Positions 28,201-39,900 of a stretch of 64,000 nucleotides of DNA are shown one piece after another. Under the pieces are notes generated by a model. That model was not told the DNA's origin. It ran no database searches and worked only from the letters and a program-made list of their open reading frames with translations. Made by a program: the position numbers and the translations under genes. This DNA is from Squalus acanthias (taxonomy: Eukaryota): positions 76,696,001-76,760,000 of the forward strand of contig CM059432.1 of the NCBI GenBank assembly GCA_030390025.1, given 5' to 3'. Numbering within the stretch: position 1 is the stretch's first letter; the number at the start of each line of letters is the position of its first letter.

Positions 28201-29271
28201 GTGATCGGGGGTCTCGTGGGGAGATCGCGGGTCTCGGGGTGATCGGGGGTCTCAGCGTGATCGGGGATCTCGGGGGTTGATCGAGGGCCTCGGGGGTGAT
28301 TGGAGTTCTCTGGGGGTGATCGAGGGTCTCAGGGGGTTGATCGGGGGTGTCAGGGTGATCGGGGTGATCGGGGGTCTTGGGGGTGATCGGGGGTCTCGGG
28401 GGTCTCAGGGTGATCGGGGATCTCGGGGGTGATCTGGGTTATCGGGGGTAATCGGTGGTCTCAGGGTGATCGGGGGACTCGGGGGGTGATCGAGTGTCTC
28501 GGGAGGGTGATCGGGGGTCTTGGGGGGTGATCGGGGGTCTCGGCGGTGATCGGAGGTCTCGGGGGGGTGATCGGGTGTCTCGGGGTGATCTGGGGTCTCG
28601 GAGGGTGATCGGGGGTCTCAGGGGGATCGGCGGTCTCGTGGGTGATCGGGGGTCTCGGGGGTGATCGGGGGTCTCGTGGTTATCGGGGTCTCGTGGGTGA
28701 TCAGGGGTCTCGGGCTGATCGGGGGTCTCGGGGGTGATCGGGGGTCTCGGGGTGGTCAGGCATCTCGGGGGGTGATTGGCGGTCTCGGGGTGATCAGGGG
28801 GTGATCGGGGGTCTCGGGGGTGATTGGGGGTCTCGGGGTGATCGGGGGTCTCGGGGTGATCGTGGTCTCGGGGTGATCGGGGGTCTCGGGGGTGATTGGG
28901 GGTCTCGGGGTGATCGGGGGTCTTGGGGTGATCGGGGGTCTCAGGGTGATCAGGGTTTCGAGGGTGATCGGGGGTCTCGGGGTGCTCGGGGTTTCGAGGG
29001 TGATCGGGGTCTCGGGGTGATTGGGGGTCTCGGGGGTGATCGGGGGTCTCGGGGGTGATCGGGGGTCTTGGGTTTGATCGGGGGTCTCGGGGGTGATCGA
29101 GGGTCTCGGGGGTGATCGAGGGTCTCGGGGTGATCTAGGATCTCGGGGTGATCGGGGTTCTCGGGGTGATCGGGGTTCTCTGGGGGTGATCGGGGGTCTC
29201 GGGGTGATCAGGGGTGTCGGTGTGATTTGGGTCTTGGGGGTGATCGGGTGTCTCGGGGGTCTCGTGGGTCT

Positions 29272-29771
29272 NNNNNNNNNNNNNNNNNNNNNNNNNNNNN
29301 NNNNNNNNNNNNNNNNNNNNNNNNNNNNNNNNNNNNNNNNNNNNNNNNNNNNNNNNNNNNNNNNNNNNNNNNNNNNNNNNNNNNNNNNNNNNNNNNNNNN
29401 NNNNNNNNNNNNNNNNNNNNNNNNNNNNNNNNNNNNNNNNNNNNNNNNNNNNNNNNNNNNNNNNNNNNNNNNNNNNNNNNNNNNNNNNNNNNNNNNNNNN
29501 NNNNNNNNNNNNNNNNNNNNNNNNNNNNNNNNNNNNNNNNNNNNNNNNNNNNNNNNNNNNNNNNNNNNNNNNNNNNNNNNNNNNNNNNNNNNNNNNNNNN
29601 NNNNNNNNNNNNNNNNNNNNNNNNNNNNNNNNNNNNNNNNNNNNNNNNNNNNNNNNNNNNNNNNNNNNNNNNNNNNNNNNNNNNNNNNNNNNNNNNNNNN
29701 NNNNNNNNNNNNNNNNNNNNNNNNNNNNNNNNNNNNNNNNNNNNNNNNNNNNNNNNNNNNNNNNNNNNNNN
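29272..29771. other. Assembly gap (500 N)
   Basis: Run of N. Confidence 1.
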
Positions 29772-30480
29772 TTTGTGTCCTCTTCACAACTTGCTTTCCC
29801 ATCTTTGTATCATCAGCAAATTTGGCTACATTATACCCGGACCCTTCATCCAAGTCATTAATATAGATTGTAAACAGCTGAGGCCCCAGCACTGATCCCT
29901 GCGGCACTCCACTAGTTACAGTTTGTCAACCTGAAAATGACTCATTTATCCCAACTCTCTGTTTCCTGTTAGTTAGCCAATCCTCTATCCATGCTGATAT
30001 ATTACCCCCAACCCCATGAGCTCTTACCTTGTGCAGTAACCTTTTATGTGGCACCTTATCGAATGCCTTCTGGAAATCCAAATACACTACATCTACTGGT
30101 TCCCCTTTATTCACCCTGCTCGTTACATCCTCAAAGAACTCTAGCAAATTTGTCAAACATGATTTCCCTTTCATAAAACCATGCTGACTCTGCTTGACTG
30201 TATTATGATTTTCTAAATGTCCTGCTTCTACTTCCTTAATAATGGACTCCAGCATTTTCCCAATGACAGATGTTAGGCTAACTGCTTTCTGTCTCCCTCC
30301 TTTCTTGAATAGGGGTGTTACATTTACGGTTTTCCTTTCCAGAATCCAGGGAATTTTGGAAGATTACAACCAACGCATCCACTATCTCTGCAGCCACTTC
30401 TTTTAAGACCCTAGGATGCAGGCCATCAGGTCCAGGGGACTTGTCCACCTTTAGTCCCATAAGTTTGCCTAATACTTTTT
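29772..30480 (-). mobile_element. Degraded CR1 ORF2 (reverse transcriptase) fragment on a small contig between the gaps
   Basis: Minus ORFs give KVDKSPGPDGLHPRVLKE, QHGFMKGKSCLTNLLEFFE...VYLDFQKAFDKVPH and [19 protein letters not shown]...AKFADDTK, split by frameshifts and small deletions. Confidence 0.93.
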
Positions 30481-30710
30481 GACTATGAGCCTGTAAATTT
30501 CCACTTAAATACTGAGGCTGATTTTGTAATTCTAATTAGTGATAACTCAATTAGTATAAAGTTGTTTTTATATATTGCCTCCATGATGTGTTTTAGTGCT
30601 TTTGTCATTATATTGTTCTCCCATAATGTTGTTCATGAACTACAGTAAAATTAAAAGTTGCAAATCGCTTCATATAACTGCCTCTGTTTCCCTCCCTCTC
30701 TAATTCATTC

Positions 30711-30910
30711 NNNNNNNNNNNNNNNNNNNNNNNNNNNNNNNNNNNNNNNNNNNNNNNNNNNNNNNNNNNNNNNNNNNNNNNNNNNNNNNNNNNNNNNNNN
30801 NNNNNNNNNNNNNNNNNNNNNNNNNNNNNNNNNNNNNNNNNNNNNNNNNNNNNNNNNNNNNNNNNNNNNNNNNNNNNNNNNNNNNNNNNNNNNNNNNNNN
30901 NNNNNNNNNN
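30711..30910. other. Assembly gap (200 N)
   Basis: Run of N. Confidence 1.
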
Positions 30911-33900
30911 GGGGGTGATCCAGATTCTCTGGGGGTGATCGGGGGTCGTGGGTGTGATCGGGGGTCTTGGGGTGATCGAGGGTCTCGGGGGTGATCGAGG
31001 GTCTCGGGGGTGATCGGGGGTCTCAGGGTGATCGGAGTGATCGGGGTGATCGGGGGTCTCGGGGTGATCGGGGGTCTCAGGGTGATCGAGGGTCTCAGGG
31101 TGTGATCGAGGGTCTCGGGGTGATCGGGGTTTCTCGGGGGTGATCGAGTGTTTCGGGGTAATCGAGGGTCTCTGGGTGCTCGGGGGTCTCGGGGGGTGAT
31201 CGAGGGTCTCGGGGTGATCGGGGGTCTTTGGGTGATCGGGGGTCTTGGGAATGATTGGGGGTCTCTGGGTGATCGGGGATCTTGGGGGGTGATCGAGGGT
31301 CTCGGTGTGTTCGGGGGTGTCGGGGTGATCGGGGGTCTCGGGGGGTGTTCGGGGTCTCAGGGGGTGATCAGTGGTCTCAGGGTGATCGGGGGTCTTGGGG
31401 TGATCGGGGGTCTGGGGCTGATCAGGGCTCTCGGGGTGGTCGAGGGTCTCTGGGTGATCGGGGATCTCGGTGGGGTGGTTAGGGGTCCCGGGGTGATCGG
31501 GGGGTCTCGGGGGTGATCGGGGGTCTCGGGGTGATCGGGGATCTCAGGGGATGATCGAGGGTCTCGGGGTGATCGAGGGTCTCGGGGGGTGATCGGGGGT
31601 CTCGGGGGTGATCGGGGGTCTCGGGGGTGATCGGGGGTCTTGGGGTGATTGGGGGTCTCGGGTTTGATCGGGGGTCTCGGGGGTGATCGAGGGTCTCGGG
31701 GGTGATCGAGGGTCTCGGGGTGATCTAGGATCTCGGGGTGATCGGGGTTCTCGGGGTGATCGGGGTTCTCTGGGGGTGATCGGGGGTCTCGGGGTGATCA
31801 GGGGTGTCGGTGTGATTTGGGTCTTGGGGGTGATCGGGTGTCTCGGGGGTCTCGTGGGTCTTGGGCTGATCGGGGGTCTCGGGGGGTTATCGGGGGTCTC
31901 GTGGGGGTGATCTGGGTGATCGATGTTCTCGGGGGGTGATCAGGGTTCTTGGGGTTCTCGGGGGGTGATCGAGGGTCTCGGGGTGATCATGGGTCTCGGG
32001 GGTGATAGAGGGCCTCGGGGTGATCGGGGGGTCTCAGGGTGATCGGGGGTCTCGGGGGTGATCGGGGATCTCGGGTGATCGGAAGTCTCGGGGGTGATCG
32101 GGGGTCTCGGGGGTCATCGGGGGTCTCGGAGCGATCGGGGGTCTCGGGGGTGATCGGGGTTCTCGGAGTGATCGGGGGGCTCGGGGGTGATCGGGGTTCT
32201 CGGAGTGATCGGGGGTCTCGGGAATGATCGGGGGTCTCGGGGGTGATCGAGATTCTCGGGGTGATCGGGGGTCTCGGGAATGATCGGGGCTCTCGGGGGT
32301 GATCGGGGGTCTCGGGGGTGATCGGGTGTCTCGGGGTGATCGGGGTTCTCAGAGTGATCGGGTGTCTCGGGGGTGATCGGGGGTCTCGGGTGATCGGGGG
32401 TCTCGGGGGTGATCGGGGGTCTCGGGGTGATCGGGGGTCTCAGGGGTGATCGGGGGTCTCGGGGTGATCGGAGGTCTCGGGGGTGATAGGGGGTCTCGGG
32501 GGGTGAACGGGGTTCTCGGAGTGATCGAGGATCTCGGGAGTGATCGGGGATCTCGGGTTGATCGAGGATCTCGGGGTGATCGGGGGTCTCGGGGTGATCG
32601 GGGGTCTCGGGGGTGATCGGGGGTCTCGGGGGTGATCGGGGGTCTCGGGGGGATCGGGGGGATCGGGGGTCTCGGGGGTGATCGGGGGTCTCGGGGGTGA
32701 TCGGGGGTCTCGGGGTGATCGTGGGTCTCGGGGGTGATAGGGGGTCTCGGGGGGTGAACGGGGTTCTCGGAGTGATCGAGGATCTCGGGAGTGATCGGGG
32801 ATCTCGGGTTGATCGAGGATCTCGGGGTGATCGGGGGTCTCGGGGTGATCGAGGATCTCGGGGTGATCGGGGGTCTTGGGGTGATCGGGGGTCTCGGGGT
32901 GATCGGGGTTTTCGGGGGTGATCGGGGTTCTCGGGGGTCTTGGGGGGGTGATCGAGATTCTCTGGGGGTGATCGGGGGTCTCGGGGGGTGATCGGGGTGT
33001 CGGGGTGATTGGGGGTCTCGGTGTGATCCGGGGTCTCGGGGGGTGATCGGGGGTCTCGTGGGTCTCGGGGGTCTCAGGGTGATCGGAGTGATCGGGGTGA
33101 TCGAGGGTCTCGGGGGGTGATCGGTGGTCTCGGGGATGATCGGGGTTCTCGGGGGGTGATCGGGGGTCTTGGGGGGTGATCGAGTGTCTCGTGGGTGATC
33201 GGAGTTCTCGGGGGGTGATCGAGGGTCTCCTGGTGATCGGGGGTCTCGAGGTGATCGGGGGTCTTGGGGTGATCGGGGGTCTCGGGGTGTGATCGAGGGT
33301 CTCGGCGCTATCGAGGGTCTCGGGGTCATCGGGGGTCTCGGGGGTGATCGAGTGTTTCGGGGTAATCGAGGGTCTCTGGGTGATCGGGGGTCTCGGGGCG
33401 TGATCGAGGGTCTCGGGGTGATCAGCGGTCTCGGGATGATCGGGGGTCTCGGGAATGATCGGGGGTCTCGGGGTGATCGGGGGTCTCTGGGTGATCGGGG
33501 ATCTCGGGGGGTGATCGAGGGTCTCGGTGTGTTCGGGGGTGTCGGGGTGATCGGGGGACTCGGGGGGTGATCGGGGTTCTCGGGGGTCTTGGGGGGGTGA
33601 TCGAGATTCTCTGGGGGTGATCGGGGGTCTCGGGGGGTGATCGGGGGTGTCGGGGTGATTGGGGGTCTCGGTGTGATCCGGGGTCTCGGGGGGTGATCGG
33701 GGGTCTCGTGGGTCTCGGGGGTCTCAGGGTGATCGGAGTGATCGGGGTGATCGAGGGTCTCGGGGGGTGATCGGTGGTCTCGGGGATGATCGGGGTTCTC
33801 GGGGGGTGATCGGGGGTCTTGGGGGGTGATCGAGTGTCTCGTGGGTGATCGGAGTTCTCGGGGGGTGATCGAGGGTCTCCTGGTGATCGGGGGTCTCGAG

Positions 33901-36900
33901 GTGATCGGGGGTCTTGGGGTGATCGGGGGTCTCGGGGTGTGATCGAGGGTCTCGGCGCTATCGAGGGTCTCGGGGTCATCGGGGGTCTCGGGGGTGATCG
34001 AGTGTTTCGGGGTAATCGAGGGTCTCTGGGTGATCGGGGGTCTCGGGGCGTGATCGAGGGTCTCGGGGTGATCAGCGGTCTCGGGATGATCGGGGGTCTC
34101 GGGAATGATCGGGGGTCTCGGGGTGATCGGGGGTCTCTGGGTGATCGGGGATCTCGGGGGGTGATCGAGGGTCTCGGTGTGTTCGGGGGTGTCGGGGTGA
34201 TCGGGGGACTCGGGGGGTGATCGGGGGTCTCGGGGTGATCGAGGGTCTCGGGGTGATCGAGGGTCTCAGGGTGATCGGGGGTCTCGGGGGTGATCGAGTG
34301 TTTTGGGGTAATCGAGGGTCTCTGGGTGATTGGCGGTCTCGGGGGGTGATTGAGGGTCTCGGGGTGATCAGGGGTCTCGGGATGATCGGGGGTCTCGGGA
34401 ATGATCGGGGATCTCGGGGGGTGATCGAGGGTCTCGGGGTGATCAGGGGTCTCGGGATGATCGGGGGTCTCGGGGTGTGATCGGATGTCTCGGGAATGAT
34501 CGGGGGTCTCGGGGGTGATCAGGGCTCTCGGGGTGGTCGAGGGTCTCTGGGTGATCGGGGATCTCGGTGGGGTGGTTGGGGGTCTCGGGGTGATCGGGGG
34601 TCTCGTAGTGATCTGGGGTCTCGGGGGGTGATCGAGGATCTCGGGGTGATCGAGGGTCTCGGGGGTGATCGGGGTCTCGGGGGTGATCGTGGGTGATTGG
34701 GGGTCTCGGGGGGTGATCGAGGATCTTGGGGTGATCGAGAGTCTCGGGGGTGATCGGGGACCTCGGGGGTGATCGGGGGTCTCGGGGTGATCGGGGGTCT
34801 CGGTGTGATCGAGGGTCTTGGGGGTGATCGGGGGTCTCGGGGGTGATCGGGGATCTCGGAGTGATCGGGGGTCTCGGGGGGTGATCGGGATTCTCGGGGT
34901 GATCGGGGATCTCGGGGGTGATCGGGGGTCTCGGGGGTGATCGGGGGTCTCGGGGGGTGATCAGGGGTATTGGGGGTGATCGAGGTTCTCGGGGGTGATC
35001 GGGAACCTCGGGGGTGATCGGGGGTCTCGGGGTGATCGGGGGTCTCGGTGTGATCGAGGGTCTTGGGGGTGATCGGGGGTCTCGGGGGTGATCGGGGGTC
35101 TCGGGGGTGATCGGGGGTCTCGGGGGGTGATCATGGGTGATTGGGGGTCTCGGGGGGTGATCGAGGATCTTGGGGTGATCGAGAGTCTCGGGGGTAATTG
35201 GGGACCTCGGGGGTGATCGGGGGTCTCGGGGTGATCGGGGGTCTCGGTGTGATCGAGGGTCTTGGGGGTGATCGGGGGTCTCGGGGGTGATCGGGGATCT
35301 CGGAGTGATCGGGGGTCTCGGGGGGTGATCGGGATTCTCGGGGTGATCGGGGATCTCGGGGGTGATCGGGGGTCTCGGGGGTGATCGGGGGTCTCGGGGG
35401 GTGATCAGGGGTATTGGGGGTGATCGAGGTTCTCGGGGGTGATCGGGAACCTCGGGGGTGATCGGGGGTCTCGGGGTGATCGGGGGTCTCGGTGTGATCG
35501 AGGGTCTTGGGGGTGATCGGGGGTCTCGGGGGTGACCGGGGGTCTCGGGGGTGATCGGGTGTCTCGGGGGTGATCGGGGGTCTCAGGGGGTGATCAGGGG
35601 TCTTGGGGGTGATCGAGGTTCTCGGGGGGTGATCGGGGGTCTTGGAGGTGATCGAGGATCTTGGGGTGATCGGGGGTCTCGGGGGTGATCGGGGGTCTCG
35701 GTGTGATCGAGGGTCTCGCATGATCGGGGGTCTCGGGGTGTTCGGGGGTCTCGGGGTGATCGGGGGTCTCGGGGTGATCGGGGGTCTCGGTGTGATCGAG
35801 GGTCTCGCATGATCGGGGGTCTCGGGGTGATCGGGGTTTTCGGGGGTCTTGGGGGGGTGATCGAGGTTCTCTGGGGGTGATCGGGGGTCGCGGGGGTGAT
35901 CGGGGTTCTCGGGGGTGATTGGGGGTCTCTGGGTGATTGGGGTTCTCGGTGGGTGATCGAGGGTCTCAGTGTGTTCGGTGGTGTCGGGGTGATCAGGGGT
36001 CTCGGTGGATGATCGGGGGTCTCGGGGGATGATCGGGGGTCTCGGGGGTGATCGAGTGTCTCGGGGTGATCGAGGGTCTCTGGGTGATCGGGGATCTCGG
36101 GGGGGTGGTTGGGGTCTCGGGGTGATTGGGGGGTCTCGGGGGATGATCGGGGGTCTCGGGTGTGATCGGGGGTCTCAGGGGTGATCGAGTGTCTCAGGGT
36201 GATCGAGGGTCTCGGTGTGTTCGGGGGTGTCGGGGTGATCGGGGGTCTCGGGGGTGATCGATGGTCTCGGGCTAATCGAGGGTCTCTGGGTAATCGGGGG
36301 TCTCGGGGGGTGATCGGGGGTATCTGGGTGATCAGGGCTCTCGGGGTGATCGAGGGTCTCTGGGTTATTGGGGATCTCGGGGGATGATCGGGGGTCTCGG
36401 GGGTGATCGGGTGTCTCGGGGGTGATCGGGGGTCTCGGGGGTGATCGAGGATCTCGGGGTGATCGGGGGTCTCGGGCGTGATCGAGGATCTCTGGGTGAT
36501 CGAGGGTCTCGGGGTGATCTGGGGTCTCGGGGTGATTGGGATGATCGGGGGTCTTGGCGTTGATCGGGGGTCTCGGGGTGGTTGGGGATCTTGGGGTGAT
36601 CGGGGGTCTCGGGGTTGATCGGGGGTCTCGGTGTGTTCGGGGTTCTCGGGGGATGATCGAGGGTCTCTGGGTAATCGGGGATCTCGTGGTGATCGGGTGC
36701 CTCGGGGGTGATTGGGTGTCTTGGGGTGATCGGGGGTCTCGGGGGTTGATCGGGGGTCTCGGTGTGTTCGGGGTTCTCGGGGGATGATCGAGGGTCTCTG
36801 GGTAATCGGGGATCTCGTGGTGATCGGGTGCCTCGGGGGTGATTGGGTGTCTTGGGGTGATCGGGGGTCTCGGGGGTTGATCGAGGGTCTAGGGGGTTAT

Positions 36901-39900
36901 CTGGGGTCTCGGGGGGTGATCGAGGGTCTCGGGGTGATCGGGGGTCTCGTGGGGTGATCGGGCATTTCGGGGGGTTAGCTGGGGTCTCGGGGTTGATCGC
37001 GGGTCTCGGGGGGTGATCGGGGTGATCGGGGCTCTCGAGGTTATCGAGGGTCTCAGGGTGATCGAGGGTCTCTGGGTGATCGGGGATCTTGGGGTGATCG
37101 AGGGTCTCAGGGTGATCGAGGGTCTCTGGGTGATCGAGGGTCTCTGGGTGATCGAGGATCTCGGGGTGATCGGGGGTCTCGGTGTGTTCGGGGGTCTCGG
37201 GTGATCGGGGGTCTCGGGGTGATCGAGGGTCTCTGGGTGATCGGGGTCTCGGGGTGATCGGGGGTCTTGGGGGGTGATCGGGGGTCTCGTGAATGATCGG
37301 GGTTCTTGGGGTGATCGGAGGTCTCGGGAATGATCGGTCGTCTCGGCGATGATCGGGGGTCTCGGGAATGATCGGGGGTCTCGGGGTGATCGAGGGTCTC
37401 GGGAATGATCGGGGGTCTCGGGGTGATCGAGGGTCTCGGGGGTGATCACGGGTCTCGGGGTGATCGGGGGTCTCGGGGTGGTCGGGGGTCTCGGGGTGAT
37501 CGGGGGTTTTGGGGAATGATCGAGGGTCTCGGGGTTGATCGGGGGTCTCGGGGTTGATCGGGGGTCTCGGGGGGTGATCGGGGGTCTCTGGGGGTGACCG
37601 GGGCTCTCGGGGGGTGCTCGGGGGTCTCGGGGGTGATCGAGGGTCTCGGGGTGATCGAGGGTCTCGGGGGTGATCGGGGATCTTGGGATGCGATCGAGGG
37701 TCTCGGGGGTGATCGAGGGTCTTGAGGGTGATAGGGGATCTCGGGGGGTGATCGGAGGCCCGGGATTTGGGGGTCTCGGGGTGATCTGGCGTCTCGGGGG
37801 TGATCGCTGGTCTCAGGGTGATCGGGGGTCTCGGGGGTGATCGGGGGTCTCGGGTTGTGATCGGGGGTCTTGGGGGGTGAGCGGGGGTCCCGGGGGGTGA
37901 TCGGGGTTCTCTGGGGGTGATCCAGGCTCTCGGGGGGTGATCGGGTTTCTCGGGGTGATCGGCCGTCTCAGGGTGTGATCGGGGGTCTCGCGGGGGTGAT
38001 CGGGGTGATCGAGGGTCTCGGGAGGTGATCGGGGGTCTCGGGCATTATCGGGGTTCTCGGGGGGTGATCGGGGGTCTCGGGGGTGATCGGGGTTCTTGGG
38101 GGGTGATCGGGGGTCTCGGAGTGATCGAGGGTCTTGTGGGTGATCGGGGGTCTCGGGGGGTGATCGGGGGTCTCGGGGGTGATCGGGGGTCTCGGGGGAT
38201 GATCGAGGGTCTCGGGGGTGATCGGGGGTCTCAGGGGTGATCGGGGGTCTCGGGGTTATCGAGGGTCTCAGGGTGATTGAGGGTCTCTGGGTGATCGGGG
38301 ATCTCGGGGTGATCGAGGGTCTCTGGGTGATTGAGGGTCTCTGGGTGATCGAGGATCTCGGGGGTGATCGAGGGTCTCTGGGTGATCGAGGATCTCGGGG
38401 GTGATCGGGGGTCTCGGTGTGTTCGGGGGTCTCGGGGTGATCGGGGGTCTTGGGGGTGATCGGGGATCTCTGGAGGTGATCGAGGGTTTCGGAGGTAATT
38501 GGGGGTCTTGTGGGTGATCGGAGTTCTCGGGGGTGATCGAGGGTCTCGGTGGTGATCGGGGGGTCTCGGAATGATTCGGGGTCTTGGGGTGATCGGGTGT
38601 CTCGGGTGGTGATCGGAGGTCTTGGGGTGATCAGGGGTCTCGGGGGGTCATCAGGGGTTTCGTGGTGATTTGGGGTCTTGGGGTGATCGGGGATCTCGGA
38701 GTGATCGGGGGTCTCGGGGGGTGATCGGGGGCTTCGGGGTGATTCGGGGTCTTGGGGTGATCGGGGATCTCGGGGTGATCGGGGGTCTCGGGGGGTGATC
38801 GGGGGTCTCGTGGGGTGATCGGCGGTCTCTTGGGTCTCGAGGTGATCGGGGATCTCGGGGTGTGATCGGGGGTCTCGTGGGGGTGATCGGGGTGATCGAG
38901 GGTCTCGGGGGGGATCGGGGGTCTCGGGGGTCTCGGGCATGATCGGGGTTCTCGGGGAGTGATCGGGGGTCTCGGTGGTGATTGGGGGTCTTGGGGGGTG
39001 ATCGGGGGTCTCGGGGGTGATCGAGGGTCTCGGAGGTGATCGAGGGTCTCGGAGGTGATCGAGGGTCTCGGAGGTGATCAGGGGTCTCGGGGTGATCGGG
39101 GGTCTTGGGTGGTGATCGGGGGTCTCGGGGTGATCGGGGGTCTCGGCGTGATTCGGGGTCTTGGGGTGATCTCGGATCTCGGAGTGATCGGGCGTCTCGG
39201 GGGGTGATCGGGTGTCTCGGGAATCATCGGGGGTCTCGGGGGGTGATCGGGGGGTCTCGGGCTGATCGGGTGTCTCGGGTGATTGGGGGTCTTGTGGTGA
39301 TCGGGGGTCTCGGGGATGATCGGGGGGGATCGGGGGTCTTGGGGTGATCGGGGGAGTGATCGGGGGTCTCGGGGTGATCGGTGGGGGGTGATCGGGGGTC
39401 TTGGGGTGATCGGGGGGGTGATCGGGGGTCTTGGGGTGATCGGGGGTCTCAGGGAAGATTGAGGGTCTCGGGGGGTGATCGGGGGTCTTGGGGTGATCGG
39501 GGGGGTGATCGGGGGTCTTGGGGTGATCGGGGGTCTCAGGGAAGATTGAGGGTCTCGGGGGGTGATCGGGGGTCTTGGGGTGATCGGGGGGGTTATCGGG
39601 GGTCTTGGGGTGATCGGGGGAGGTGATCGGGGGTCTCGGGGTGATCGGGGGGGTGATCGGGGGTCTTGGGGTGATCGGGGGTCTCAGGGATGATTGAGGG
39701 TCTCGGGCAGATCGCGGGTCTCGGGGGTGATCGGGGGTCTTGGGGTGATTGGGATTCTCGGGGGTGATCGGGGGTCTCGGGGTGATCGGGGACTCGGGGG
39801 GTGATCGAGGGTCTCGGGCAGATCGCGGGTCTCGGGGAGATCGGGGGTCTCGGGGGGTGATCGCGGATCTCGGGGTGATCTGGGGTATCGGAGGGTGATC

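Larger units (their letters stand above)
24..29271 (+). repeat. G-rich satellite array, left part; monomer GGGGTGATCGGGGGTCTC (18-20 bp, variable G-runs)
   Basis: Directly visible continuous tandem repeat of alternating G4-6-TGATC and G4-5-TCTC. It is interrupted only by five CR1 fragments and ends at the N gap. Confidence 0.98.

Noticed and set aside
28756..30918. ORFs crossing the N runs, e.g. RT fused to a Pro-rich tail
   Set aside because: Artefacts of translating through gaps.
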